Origin: Moniliella sp. 'wahieum'
Taxonomy: Eukaryota
Length of the DNA: 64,000 nt
Reading direction: 5' to 3'
NCBI GenBank assembly: GCA_003971905.1
Contig: RSEE01000029.1
Location: 434,001 to 498,000 of the forward strand
Every line of letters starts with the position of its first letter. Within the stretch, counting starts at the first letter, position 1. The notes beneath the pieces are model-generated. The model saw nothing but the letters and a program-made list of their open reading frames with translations. It was not told the DNA's origin and ran no database searches. The translations under genes and the position numbers were made by a program. Shown in pieces: positions 38,141-49,292 of this stretch.

Positions 38141-39727
38141 GGGGTGGAGCACAGATGGCGCAGCGCTCTTCTCACAGGCTCTCGCTCATCCGATGTGTGC
38201 TGCCGATTCGTGTCCACCCACGCCGAGGCCATTGGGTCACCACAGCCGATCGGGTCCCTCTGGCCCTCACCACATATGCGCTTCCAAAACGGATGGAGAA
38301 TGCCAGCATGAAGACATGTCAGTGAGAGTTCGTGATGATGAACCAACGATCTCCAGTGAGTCTTTACTTCAACAAGGGGTTTCCAGTACTCCGACTTGCC
38401 CTCTTTTGGTGGCATAGTACCGCACCGTCATGACCAGGGGGAAAAAAGTCTCTTGCTGAGGGCGTTCCTCAAGTGGTACTTGGCGTTCATGCCTCCGACT
38501 CTCCACTTTTTGCTTCAGCAGTCGAAGCCACTCTTCTCCCGGCGTTCCACATTAGGCGTTGGGTGGGTTGCCTCGTCTACCCCCTCTTCCCACACCCACA
38601 ATCACATGTCAGCCCCCATCGACCCGAGTCCCTCAACAGGGTACTAGTATGGTTTACCTCTATGCTTGATTCTCCGAGTGCGGATGACCCCATCGCTTCT
38701 CGTTGTCGGCAAGCCTAGTCTAGCCTCGCTCTCATGCTGTGCCTCGTCTTCTTCTCCCGCTCGCTGAGAATGTGGGTGTCCACTGGGACGGAGCGCATAG
38801 TCTGACGTTGGTCATCCTCGCACACACCGCCGCCTCGTGCAACACGCCAAATTTGCACTAATTGTTGCTGCAAGCCAAGAGTGCTCAGACGGTAATATCA
38901 GACCACACTTACAGCTGTGCGCGAAGAACTGCCCAGTGCGCCGAGCTGGAGACCAATTTGAACCTGTTTGAGCATTGATCCGATGCTCTATCCGATATAG
39001 TTCTCACGTTGTTGGGAGTAGGTTTCTCGTCTTCCACTCTAATGAGGTTAATGAGGAGACAGCATTCATGTCGTTGGTCATTCGACCAACCTGGGTTCGG
39101 GGTGTGAGGAACGCGAAGAGAGACCGGTATAGGCTCAGCCTGAGGGGCCAGCCCATTTTCGCCCGTGACACGCCCAGCCAGGCGGTTTTCGACTTCAAGT
39201 ATCTTTGGCGACGGCAATCGCCCCTTGTTTGATTTTCTGTTATTCAATACTCACGTTTCGTCCCCTCTGCCTTTGGGGAAGGACCATTCCTAGTCCAGCC
39301 TGTTTCCTTGTTCTCTACCCTATCCAGAAACTGTCTCCTTTGTACTACTACTACACCCCAGTCCCTTTTCTAACAGGCATCGGTACTTCCCTGGGCCTCT
39401 GACGCGACGCGACGTGGCTCTGCACACATCGCCTTTATTTTCCAGACGGCCAGCTGATGAGCGGAGACTTCCAATGACAAGTAACAAGAATGCAAAGTAG
39501 TGAGACGAGTCCTTCATATGCACGTCTCTGGAATGAAGAAGGCAGAGGAAAGAGAAGGGAGATAGAGAAAGCAAAAGTGTTGGGCAGCCGGCGAGCCCTT
39601 CCGCCCACAACTACTAATAAGCCAGCCGGTCTCCAATTAGCATGTGCATGAGAGCTCTCAGTACTACCTCAGTGCTGAGCTTCAGTGCGTTGGGGAGATG
39701 CATCATGCCATCCTGCGTGATATTAGG

Positions 39728-39850
39728 CATCACCCCTCCTGGTATCCGTCCAGACGCTTCCTCTCTGCTCCCACGTATATACCCTCGGTTATATAAGGAA
39801 CTACTCTTATCATATTAGCCTGCTGTACATCTCGTCAGAACCACATCCTT
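39728..39850 (+). repeat. LTR-like dispersed repeat with TATA core, copy 1 (homologous to 55137-55243)
   Basis: Shared blocks GACGCTYCCTCT, CTCCCMCGTAT, CCTCGGYTATATAA, TAGCCTSCTGTAC and GAACCACMTCC occur in the same order in both copies. Confidence 0.7.
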
Positions 39851-40586
39851 CATTCTCCTTCTCCAGCTTCAACTGTTTCAACAAGGCCCATGTGGTGTGT
39901 GGCAGAGGAGCCCCAGCATGAGGTCCTCTCTCAGATATCTCGCATGCCACAGATCTCGCCAGTGGGTGGAAACTAATGATCCTAGTTGTCTAGCGATGTA
40001 CTAAGTGCAGTTATGCAGTGGTAGAAGAAAGAAGACAGGAGCTGGGTTGAACGTGTTTTTGAACCCAGCCAGACTGAGGATCAGAAGAGAAAAGGAGAAG
40101 AAGGAGGAGTGGCGCAAAAGGCCAGAGGATAGGGATACTGGCGTGTGGTGCCCGGATGAGTAAAATGATCAGGATGTCCTCGGAGGTGGCTGGCCCACAA
40201 CCTTAGTTAACAGTAAGTCTAATCTAAAAGCAACTAGTATACGGCCCGGTCTGCTGGGGTCACCAATGCCATCTTTTTAGCCACCGTGGCGTCGTCGCTA
40301 CCGTCTTCTCCAACAGTCATAGAGATAAAAGGAGAGGCTCTCTATTAGCGCTGTTTCATGTTACCGATTACCGGTGTCACCGATTATCGATTATCGATTA
40401 CCACAGTTACCGGTTATAACCGACCGCAGCTACCCCGCCCCGCCGAGGCCGGCCGTACCGCCAGACACCGGTACTGAGAGTGCTGTGATTCCAATTGTAG
40501 GTCGAGGTCGGAGAAATCAAACTTCGATCTCGTCACGCGTCACGCGTCACAGGTATCATGTATCACACGGCGGTTATGTCAACAGA

Positions 40587-40770
40587 TGTCACATGTCACA
40601 ACTGTCAAGCATGTCAAACTTCAAGCTTCAAGAGCTTCAAGCTTCAAGAGCTTCAAGCTTCAAGAGCTTCAAGCTTCAACCTTCAACAGCTAGCTTCAAG
40701 AGCTAGCTTCAAGAGCTAGCTTCAAGTGAAGCTTGAGATCTGAGAAGCTTGAGATATAAGAACTTGAGCG
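40587..40770. repeat. Compound tandem array of palindromic heptamers (CTTCAAG family)
   Basis: (TGTCACA)2, then (GCTTCAAGCTTCAAGA)3, then (GCTAGCTTCAAGA)~3. Confidence 0.9.
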
Positions 40771-41600
40771 CGTCACCACGGACTCAACAGTTCAGCGGGA
40801 CAGCGTTCAGTAAACGTTCCAACTCTTCCGTACACTCAGTACTCAATGTACTCGATCCTCAGTGTCACAGCGTCACACGTCAATATTTACTCAAATCCGT
40901 GGTGATTACTCCTGTACCTGTCGGGTGGCGGCTTGGCATGGCCGAGAATGCATCGATAAAATTTGAAATTGAGTATCTATGAAGAAGATAGGGCAAGCAG
41001 CAAGAGCTGAGAGCCACTGCTGAGTGCTGAGCCGGTCGAGAACTGGCTCAGCTGGCACGCCCGCCAGGTCGTAGGATAAAAAATGGGACACACCCGACGG
41101 GACGCAGCGAGGCTGGCTGGCCGTGGCTGCGTCAGCGTCACAGCGTACCGGGCGCGTACCAGGTACCAAGCGGGCAGGGGTAAGTCCAAGTGTGGTCGGA
41201 AACCGCATAGGTAGCCGTACTCAAGGTAAACTAGTAACCGGCAGACTTGGTTGCTGCTTCTGGTGGCGAGAACTACCTCGGGGGCGGCAGGGGTTGCAGT
41301 AGCTGCTGTCTAGTGCCGCACCAAGTGCGCCCGCACAGCGCCCGCACGGCGCCCCACTCAGCCCACCCGGCGCGGCAGCAGCGACCCTGGCCTGGCGGCC
41401 TAAAAGGCTGCAGGCATGGCGCCTGTGTGTCAGTGGCGGGCGGAATCAGAATCTCCTGGTTTTAATGAGCAAAAACGTACCTTGAAGCTTCAAGCTTCAG
41501 TGCAGACGGCAGCGTCTTTCTTTCTTTCATTGCCGTTCCGCCTTTCAACCGCCCTGGCGTGCCACCACCACCACCACCACCACCACCACCACCCACCCAC

Positions 41601-43127
41601 ATGCCCGAGGCCAGCCAGGAGCCTCCACCTTCCGGGGATGCTGCTGCTTCTGCATCTTCTTCTGCATCTCTTTCTCCTTCTGCTCCAGTGGCTCTTGCTC
41701 CCATCCCTCCTGCATCCGAGTCCACGCCCGCCACGGCCGTCCCCCATGCTCCGCTCGCGAACCAGATGGCCCAGTTGCAGCTCCAACCCCCCCTTGATGG
41801 CGAAAGCGAGGTGGAAGTAAGCTCAACTTCTGCCCCCACCGCACCCTTGACAGGGGAGGAGGCCCCTGACACCGCGCCGGGTACCACCGAACCGTCCCCT
41901 CAAGCCACACCGCTGGGCTCGGCCATCTCCTCTCCCGACGCCGGCCAAAAGGACGGACAAAATGGCGGTCTGTTGTGCATCAATTGCGGAACAGATACCA
42001 CCCCTCTCTGGCGCCGGGACGAGGATGGCAGCCCACTGTGCAACGCATGCGGGCTCTACCACAAACTTCATGGCATCAACCGCCCGATTACGATGAAAAA
42101 ATCGGTTATCAAGCGACGCAAACGCACAACCCATTCTGCCTCGGCAACGGCCCCGACCGCCCCACCGCCTCTATCGCATGTTCCTTCAGTTGTTGCCCCA
42201 CCACCGATGGTGCCCCCCTTCCTACCAGATCCGCACATGGCGCAGCAGTTTGCCCAGGCTCAAGCCCAGGCCCAAGCTCACGCCATGGCCATGCATGCCC
42301 AAGCCCAGGCGCATGCCCACGCCCAAGCGCATGCCCATGCGCAAGCTCAGGCCCAGGCCCAGGCCCAGGCCCAGGCCCAAGCTCAGGCGCAGGCTCAGGC
42401 GCAGGCGCAGGCGCAGGCTCAGGCGCAGGCTCAGGCTCAGGCTCAGGCGCAGGTTCAAGCTCAGGCGCAGGCTCAGGCGCAGGCGCAGGCACGGACGCGC
42501 GTTGAACCCAAAGAGCGAGAAAACGCTGCGCTTGCACTGATGGAGGTGAGTGCTCCGCCACGTCATCCTCCTCGCCCGGCAGGCACGTCGCTGAGCCGGG
42601 ACGAGTCCCGGACCAGGGGGGTAAAGCGCGCAAGGGAAAGAGGGGGATATGACGAGGATGGGCGACAGGCGGGTTCGCTTCTACGCTCTACCTCCCAGCC
42701 AGCCCAGCGCTTCCTCCGCTCCGAACGGATGGAGTGGGAGCGCCCCGACCGGTTGGTAGAGCGTCTATCCCAGGCATGCGAAGAGCTGGAGTTCGCTCGG
42801 GCTGAAGTAGGTCACCTTCTGGAGAGATACACAACACTCTTGCAACATGCTCAAGAGGCACTAGGGAGCTCAGCGGCCACCACTCCGCCTCGCTCGCTCT
42901 CCCCAATTCGGACGTCGCAGCTGCGGAGGCACAATGACGATGTACCGCGACAATGGGCCGGAGCGCTTGCGCGATCCGTATCGGAAAGCCGATGTGCGAG
43001 GGAAGCGCGGGAGTACCCACGAGAGGCGAGGGGAACAAAGGAGGAGCGAGTAGGACGCAATCCCCTCCCTCGCCCCGTATGGGACGAAGAACGTGGGCGT
43101 CAGCCCGCTCGCTGGGGTGGGGGTTGA
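41601..43127 (+). CDS. GATA zinc-finger transcription factor with a long poly(QA) tract
   Basis: [50 protein letters not shown] in an intact ORF. The start could be upstream. Confidence 0.9.
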   Translation: MPEASQEPPPSGDAAASASSSASLSPSAPVALAPIPPASESTPATAVPHAPLANQMAQLQLQPPLDGESEVEVSSTSAPTAPLTGEEAPDTAPGTTEPSPQATPLGSAISSPDAGQKDGQNGGLLCINCGTDTTPLWRRDEDGSPLCNACGLYHKLHGINRPITMKKSVIKRRKRTTHSASATAPTAPPPLSHVPSVVAPPPMVPPFLPDPHMAQQFAQAQAQAQAHAMAMHAQAQAHAHAQAHAHAQAQAQAQAQAQAQAQAQAQAQAQAQAQAQAQAQAQAQVQAQAQAQAQAQARTRVEPKERENAALALMEVSAPPRHPPRPAGTSLSRDESRTRGVKRARERGGYDEDGRQAGSLLRSTSQPAQRFLRSERMEWERPDRLVERLSQACEELEFARAEVGHLLERYTTLLQHAQEALGSSAATTPPRSLSPIRTSQLRRHNDDVPRQWAGALARSVSESRCAREAREYPREARGTKEERVGRNPLPRPVWDEERGRQPARWGGG

Positions 43128-46100
43128 TGTGGCAAACTAGTACAAAGACATTCATGCATATTGTCATGACGACATTCTCAGTAGAATAGATCTAGAGCGA
43201 CGCATACGGCATGATTGTCGAAACACCTAGTCTCGGGAAGAGGTGGTGATGGCGAGGACACGATGGTAGCAGTCCTGGGTTTACGAGGCAAAAAAGATGG
43301 TGCATCTTGGAGCCCCCCCCCACCACCACAGGCCTATAGTCTCAGAATGATTAATCGAGATTAGATGTCGTTGCAGTAATCCGGCTACAGGAACACAGGC
43401 TTGGAAGCTGTCGCATCGAATATATGCAAAGATCCATAGAACCAATACCTTGGTACATGCCCGCTGAGGATGATAGTCGAACATATTCCCACCCTTGGAA
43501 GGGGAGGTTGGGGATGGGTTGTAGGCTTTATGCAACGTATTGAATGAACTATAAAACATTCTGGTGCCCTAATGGTATCAAACTATCGAGATCCTTGTTC
43601 TGTTGATTCAAATGTCCCCCTTCCGCCCCACAAAAGAGTTCAAGTTGCAACGTAAGGGTTCCAAGAAGCGCTAGTATAGGAAGAATTCCAAGATAGAGAG
43701 GTCATTTGTTGCCAGTGTTTCCTAGATGCAAGAAAGACAATAACCTGTGATCTAGGGTTATCAACAAACTAAAGACCTGAAGTTGCTATCGACTTGGTGA
43801 ATCAACACGCGGATCATATGGTTTGCATCGTACGCTTTTCAATAGTGCCGGACGCTCCAGGAAGCGTCCTCAGCGCTAGAGCCGGCTTCACAACTAATGC
43901 ATTCCCTTCGGATCATCACTGATGTCTTTAACGATGAATTAAGCAATGAAAGGGGGAGATCCGTATACAGGCCCGCATCGTCGGTCACTGAAATACCGTC
44001 GTGTTGGCATCAGGTTCTCCTGGCCAATATAACCACGGACGGGTACTGGACGAGTTCCACTACTACGCTCTCTCCGAGGTGGAAGCGGATTCTACTACGA
44101 GAATTTCGTGGTTAGTCCTCATCCTGGAGGCCTATCCAACAATGATTTCGGCATACTGGGATCACTTGTAAGACTTTTGCAGTTATCTTACAGTAGGAGC
44201 TATAGCCGACTCAATTATATCGGTGTGATGGCTCAAGCAGCTAGGCGCCGAGGGGGTGTAGGAGGGGAGTGAAGCGCCACAACGAAGGATATAGACAAAA
44301 TGAGGCGTCGCAAGCAAGAACGGACGCACGGACTTATATGTGGCAAAAGGCAGCAGGGTCGCTGGCTGAGGAAGTATAGCAACATGTCTGTTGATGATTG
44401 CACATATGGCGACGGAGAAGAGTGGCAAGAGAAGAGGACCGGATACGAGACCTGGAAGAGCAACGAGGGGTGAATAACAGTTCCCGGTGATCCAAGGAGA
44501 GGAGCAGCGAGGGCCACAGAAACTGTGAAAAGGCTATACAGAGACTCAAAAGTCAGAAGATGCGCCTAGGAGAAAATGATGTTGCCTTCATCCGGTTAGT
44601 TGAATGAAAACCCTCCGTCATAAGGAAACCCCCATACGGCCACAGAGTTCTAAAAGAACACTAGCGCAAATAGAGAAAGAAAGGGAGGAAGGAATGGAAC
44701 CCGAACTTACAGGGGTGAGTTCCTCGTGCAGAAGAAGCCACGAACAAACAGTCGGGATACTCATAGTTTCTCTGGAGGGAAAAGCGCGCTAGATATGAAA
44801 AATGCTAGGGGATACGACGGGCCATCGCTCTCCTGTTTCCAGGAGGAATACGTGAGGTATATTTTCACACATTCCTCCATCGAGCAGGGTGCCGATTGAC
44901 GAGTGATTGGGCTCAGGTAGCAATCACAGGAGTGAATTAATAGTGGGTTTCGTTGAGATCAGGCCTCATGACAGGAGAGGAATAGTGGAAGTCAATAAAA
45001 TGGGCAACGACTAGGCAAACGAGGCATATAGACTTAACCGCCTGGTTAGCCATACAGTCCGTCTTCGTTTGCAATAGATGAGGGGACGCAGACAACGCGA
45101 CAACGGGTGTTGCGTTGCTCGTTCAGTATGTACTGCACATACTTCTTCATGCATGCACCATGCACTCCCACAGTTGAGATGAGAATACAAGTCTCACGAA
45201 TGTAGACGTGCCTATGTGAACCAGCCTTGGTATATCGCAATCGGCAATGAATCCGAAGCCATACCATAGATGCCACATTTTACTACCACCAAGATTGTAA
45301 ACGCTAATACTGGAAAGCTTTTTGATCAACAGAGGACTGTGGCTGAAGATGAGATTCTCGGTGCACAGTTCTCTCATATCATTCACGGTCTCACAGATGA
45401 TCGATGATCGATGATCTGAGATCTGATCGATGTGGGTCATCATTCAGCAAGGTCTATACCGCCCACGCCTCCATCCCTTGTTGCGCATCCCAGCGCTCCC
45501 AGCCTTCTCTCTCGTTTCCGAGCCATCACATCGTAGGAAGACAGTGCCTGGTATTCGGGTCTGAGATCTGAGATCTGATAACTGACATCTCTATCAACGA
45601 ATTGTGCACACATATAGTTTGCCATTAAAACCTCTCATTTCGGGTGGAACGCCGATACACGTCACATAATAACTCCTTAGTATATGAATGGCTTCTCATG
45701 TTCTCTTCCGTCGCTCATCGAGCTCATCAATGCATTGTGTGTGTGGGTGAACATCTGTGCTCGAAACTGTTTAACAGTTCGACGGCGGGCGGGTGTATAC
45801 ATGTGTACACATCTTCGCGCACCCGTTTTCACATCGTGCGTTATGTACGCCATACTAAGTACAAACGCGTTAAGCGCTTTAGCGCCAAGTACTAAGGAGA
45901 GTCTTTTGTTTGTTGGGACAACGGGGCGATATCAACTGTGAATGAAATGACAGTTCAAAAATACAGAAGAGAGACAGGACAGAAGGCCAAGTCAGTATGG
46001 CGTAAGAGCTTATGCCTTGGACCCTCCACCCCATAAACAAGAGCTCATAACGAGTGCATCGCGTACAGCTCTCCCAAGTTCATTCATGCCATCATTCACG

Positions 46101-47929
46101 AACCAGTTCGATCAAAAAGGCCACTTTTTGGTGTATTAGCCAGACGTGACGCCCTCTGTTGGCTTCCCTTTCATCGCTTGCTTGGACGCTTTCAGATCTT
46201 CATATCTCACCTCTCACCGATCACCTGCTCTCCCTTCCTCTCCCAGGGCGGACACCCCCGCTGTGCGATTAGGGTTAGGGTTAATTCACACTCGCCAGGT
46301 CGCATGATGCCTGTGACCATACGTCTCTCGTACAGCCTGGTGCTCTGAGAACATGGGAACACCTGAACGGCCGGAATGAACGTTGAACGCCTGGCCGGTC
46401 GGTGAGCGGTCGGGGGCGGAGAGCGTTCAAGACGTTCAAGTTGAACGATGGTAGACCGAAACCCACAGTAAATCGCGTTCAAAGAAAGCGAACGAACACG
46501 TGGCGACCATCCACCAGCACGATCCTGAGATGATGCTATCGGAGCTTAGATGTGAGACCTGGTTCAGGGCCAAAGTTCATATCACACACTGCTCATCGCA
46601 TCATGCATCATGAGTACATGAGTGCATGAGTAGTGTCCGTAGGCCTGCAGTCGTTCTCTGCCTGGTCCCGGTCAAGCTTCAAGCTTCAAGCTTCAAGCTT
46701 GACCCGGTCGAATTGCAGACGTTCGCGTAACGCGTAACGCTTCAACGCGTCCAACGCATCCACACCTCACCATCTCACACCACGCTGGTGAGCGCTTGCG
46801 CGCACCCACGGCATCACCGTCAGCATGGCGGACTTAGCGCTCAGGCCCAGGTGAGGCCGTCTCGGGCTGGCAGGCTTAGCGCTAGTCAGCCTGACTGGCT
46901 CAGCTGAGCGCGCTCAACCCGTCAGCGCGTCAGCTGACGCTAGTGAGTTCGGCACGTCTAAGAGCGTTCACAAACGTTTCACATTCAACGTTCAACCAGC
47001 GTTCAATGTGCACTCGCCTCAAGCTTCAAGCTTCACTAGTTCACTCTTCCTCCCTAGCTCTAGTTACTAGTTACTAGTCACTAGTCACTACTAGTCACTT
47101 CTGAGCAGATCTGAGATCTCGCATGTGACATGTATATGACAGCTGGATGACATAGTGGCACAGTCTGGCGCTGCGCGACTGAGTACTGGGCGCTGACATC
47201 GTGTGGCAACTGTAACGTGGAACATGGAACACATGTAGCACATGCAATAGAGCGACGCGGCACCTCGTCACCGCCACCGCCTCCCTGTCCCAGTGACGCG
47301 GAGACGGGTCGCCGGTCGAGGTCCCGGAGACTTGCCGGGACATGCCTCGGTAACGCGGAGACAGGCGGGTCGCCGGTCGCCGGACACACTGCCGCAGTCA
47401 CTAGTCACTTCTGCAGCGCAGACGCCTTAACCGACTCAACCCGAAGGCAGCCTAACGGCCAACGACCAACGTCCATCGGAGAAATACGGTCGAAAGCAAA
47501 CAGGATCAAGAATGGGCCGAGTATCATGCACATGCGCTATGATTCAACCACCACAATAGGGATTCGATGCTACGTGTGGAGTATCAAGGGAGGGAGAAGG
47601 GGAGCAATCGTTCGTGCACGAAATTTTTTTATTCCAGTAAAAATAGTGTGTTCGAAAAGAGAGAAGTGAAAGCATGAGTGCGAGTTAAGAAGGAAAGGCT
47701 CCAGGGCAACGAAGGAGCAGAGTTATATGGTCCGATGAGCGCGATGAAAGGGGGCACACAATGAGGAGAGAGAAACATGGACCTGGAGACTAGACGAGCG
47801 ACCAGGGGGTATAATGGAAAGAGAACCGTACGCGAGACGGTAAAGAGTGAAAGACGATGCGTGCGAGCTGCGCGAAGAGAAGGAAGAGAGGGGTTCATCG
47901 TTTAACCCAAAGATGTGTAGGAAGCAAGC

Positions 47930-49292
47930 TCAGGAATACGGCATACGACTGGAAAACCAGCGCGAACCAAGGTCCAGGCCCTCAACCGAAGCCAGGGTGG
48001 GCTTGGACCATGACGAAGACGGGTGGACTCCATTTTCGTATTCGCCCTGTGCCAAAGGGGTGTGCACATACCCCCCCTCGACCAAGGGAGACGAAGAGGC
48101 AATGGTCAGAGTGGGCGTTAGTGCACTTTCCTTGCCCGTCAAGGGAGTATCGCACCCGTCTGTGCCATCGCCCCGCATCACTTTCCCGTCGGTCGAGGGC
48201 AGGTTGCAGAGCGCCTGGGCTTGAGCCAAGGCGTGGGCATACAAGCGCGAGTTGAGACGAGGCGCGTAGGGTTCGGGGCAGACTGGGACACGGACAGGCT
48301 GGGCGGGCGAGAGGCAATCCCCTCAGGGCGTTGTAGGCGTAGTGGGGAGGATGAAGAACGAGTAGAACGAGTACTGTGAGAATGGGAAACGGTGCGCGGT
48401 GAAGGTTGAATCGAAGAGCGGACGGTACGGGAAGAAAAGTTACTAGACTGATTCTCTGAGGGTGCGATTTGGTGGGCAGTCAGAGCGGACGGGGCCACGG
48501 GCGGGCGCAGGTGCGGTCTGTTGGGCGTCGGTATTAGGACCAGGAGTGGGGATATAGAGGGCTTCTTGAACCCGATTTTGCTCAAGTAAGGCAGCAAAGG
48601 ACAAGAGTGACTCGTGCTGGACGTTGACGCGGTATCCGAGGAAGCCAAACAGCTCCTGCTCCATCATGTTGATGTCGCGTAGGGTGAAGAGACCCTGGCC
48701 AACGATGGTCCAAGATTTGTTGGAGTAGGTGTCGTCGCAACTGGCCTTGCTGGCCAGCATGAGAGCCGAAATGAACAGACGATGACCGCTTCCGCGCGAG
48801 GGGGGAAGCGCAGCTTGAGCCGCTTGAGCAAGTAAAGCGCCTGGTATATGACAATGGTGGGGAGGCGAGTACGGTGGAGAGCATAGGCGATAAACTGGAG
48901 CAGCGGTTTGTGCTGACCACTGGAGGGACTGCTGCTAGAGCGCGGGCGCCCGTGGATGCGGCGGGGGAGACGGGAGGGTGCTAGGGCAGGAGAAGAGGGC
49001 CATGACAACTTGTTGACACACATGGGCATATCTGGGGCGTGTTAGTCAAGAAGGCGAGTGTGTCAGTCTCTGGCGCATGCTCATTAAGCCCATGTGGGCG
49101 CGTCAGATCTCAGACCCCGCAGGTGCTGGGGAGGATGCAACGGCGGGCGGAGGTTGTGAGTCAGAGACGTACCATCAAAGCCGTACAGGTTGAGGGAGGG
49201 GGCGGGAGGAGCGGAGACGGGGGCGTGGGCCGCGGGGGCGATGGACGGGCCGTGGGTGCTGGCGCGCGGCCTTGTGGGTGGGATGGAGACAT
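47930..49292 (-). CDS. Pho85-type cyclin (Pcl/Clg1-like), frameshifted
   Basis: LLQFIAYALHRTRLPTIVIYQALYLLKRLK..HRLFISALMLASKASCDDTYSNKSWTIVGQGLFTLRDINMMEQEL. An intron acceptor lies at ~49032. The start is uncertain. Confidence 0.85.

Noticed and set aside
30700..38700. Mating-type locus (pheromone/receptor)
   Set aside because: No STE3 motifs, CAAX-ending short ORF or homeodomain were recognised.
40587..40770. CRISPR-like or restriction-site/polylinker interpretation of the AAGCTT, ACTAGT, AGATCT and ACCGGT clusters
   Set aside because: The context is eukaryotic and there are no unique spacers. The hexamers are simply junctions between tandem heptamer palindromes and are scattered and degenerate, unlike vector sequence.
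43281..43559. DYHPQ as a Ty3 integrase AYHPQTDG motif
   Set aside because: It is only a 4-residue match with no supporting context.
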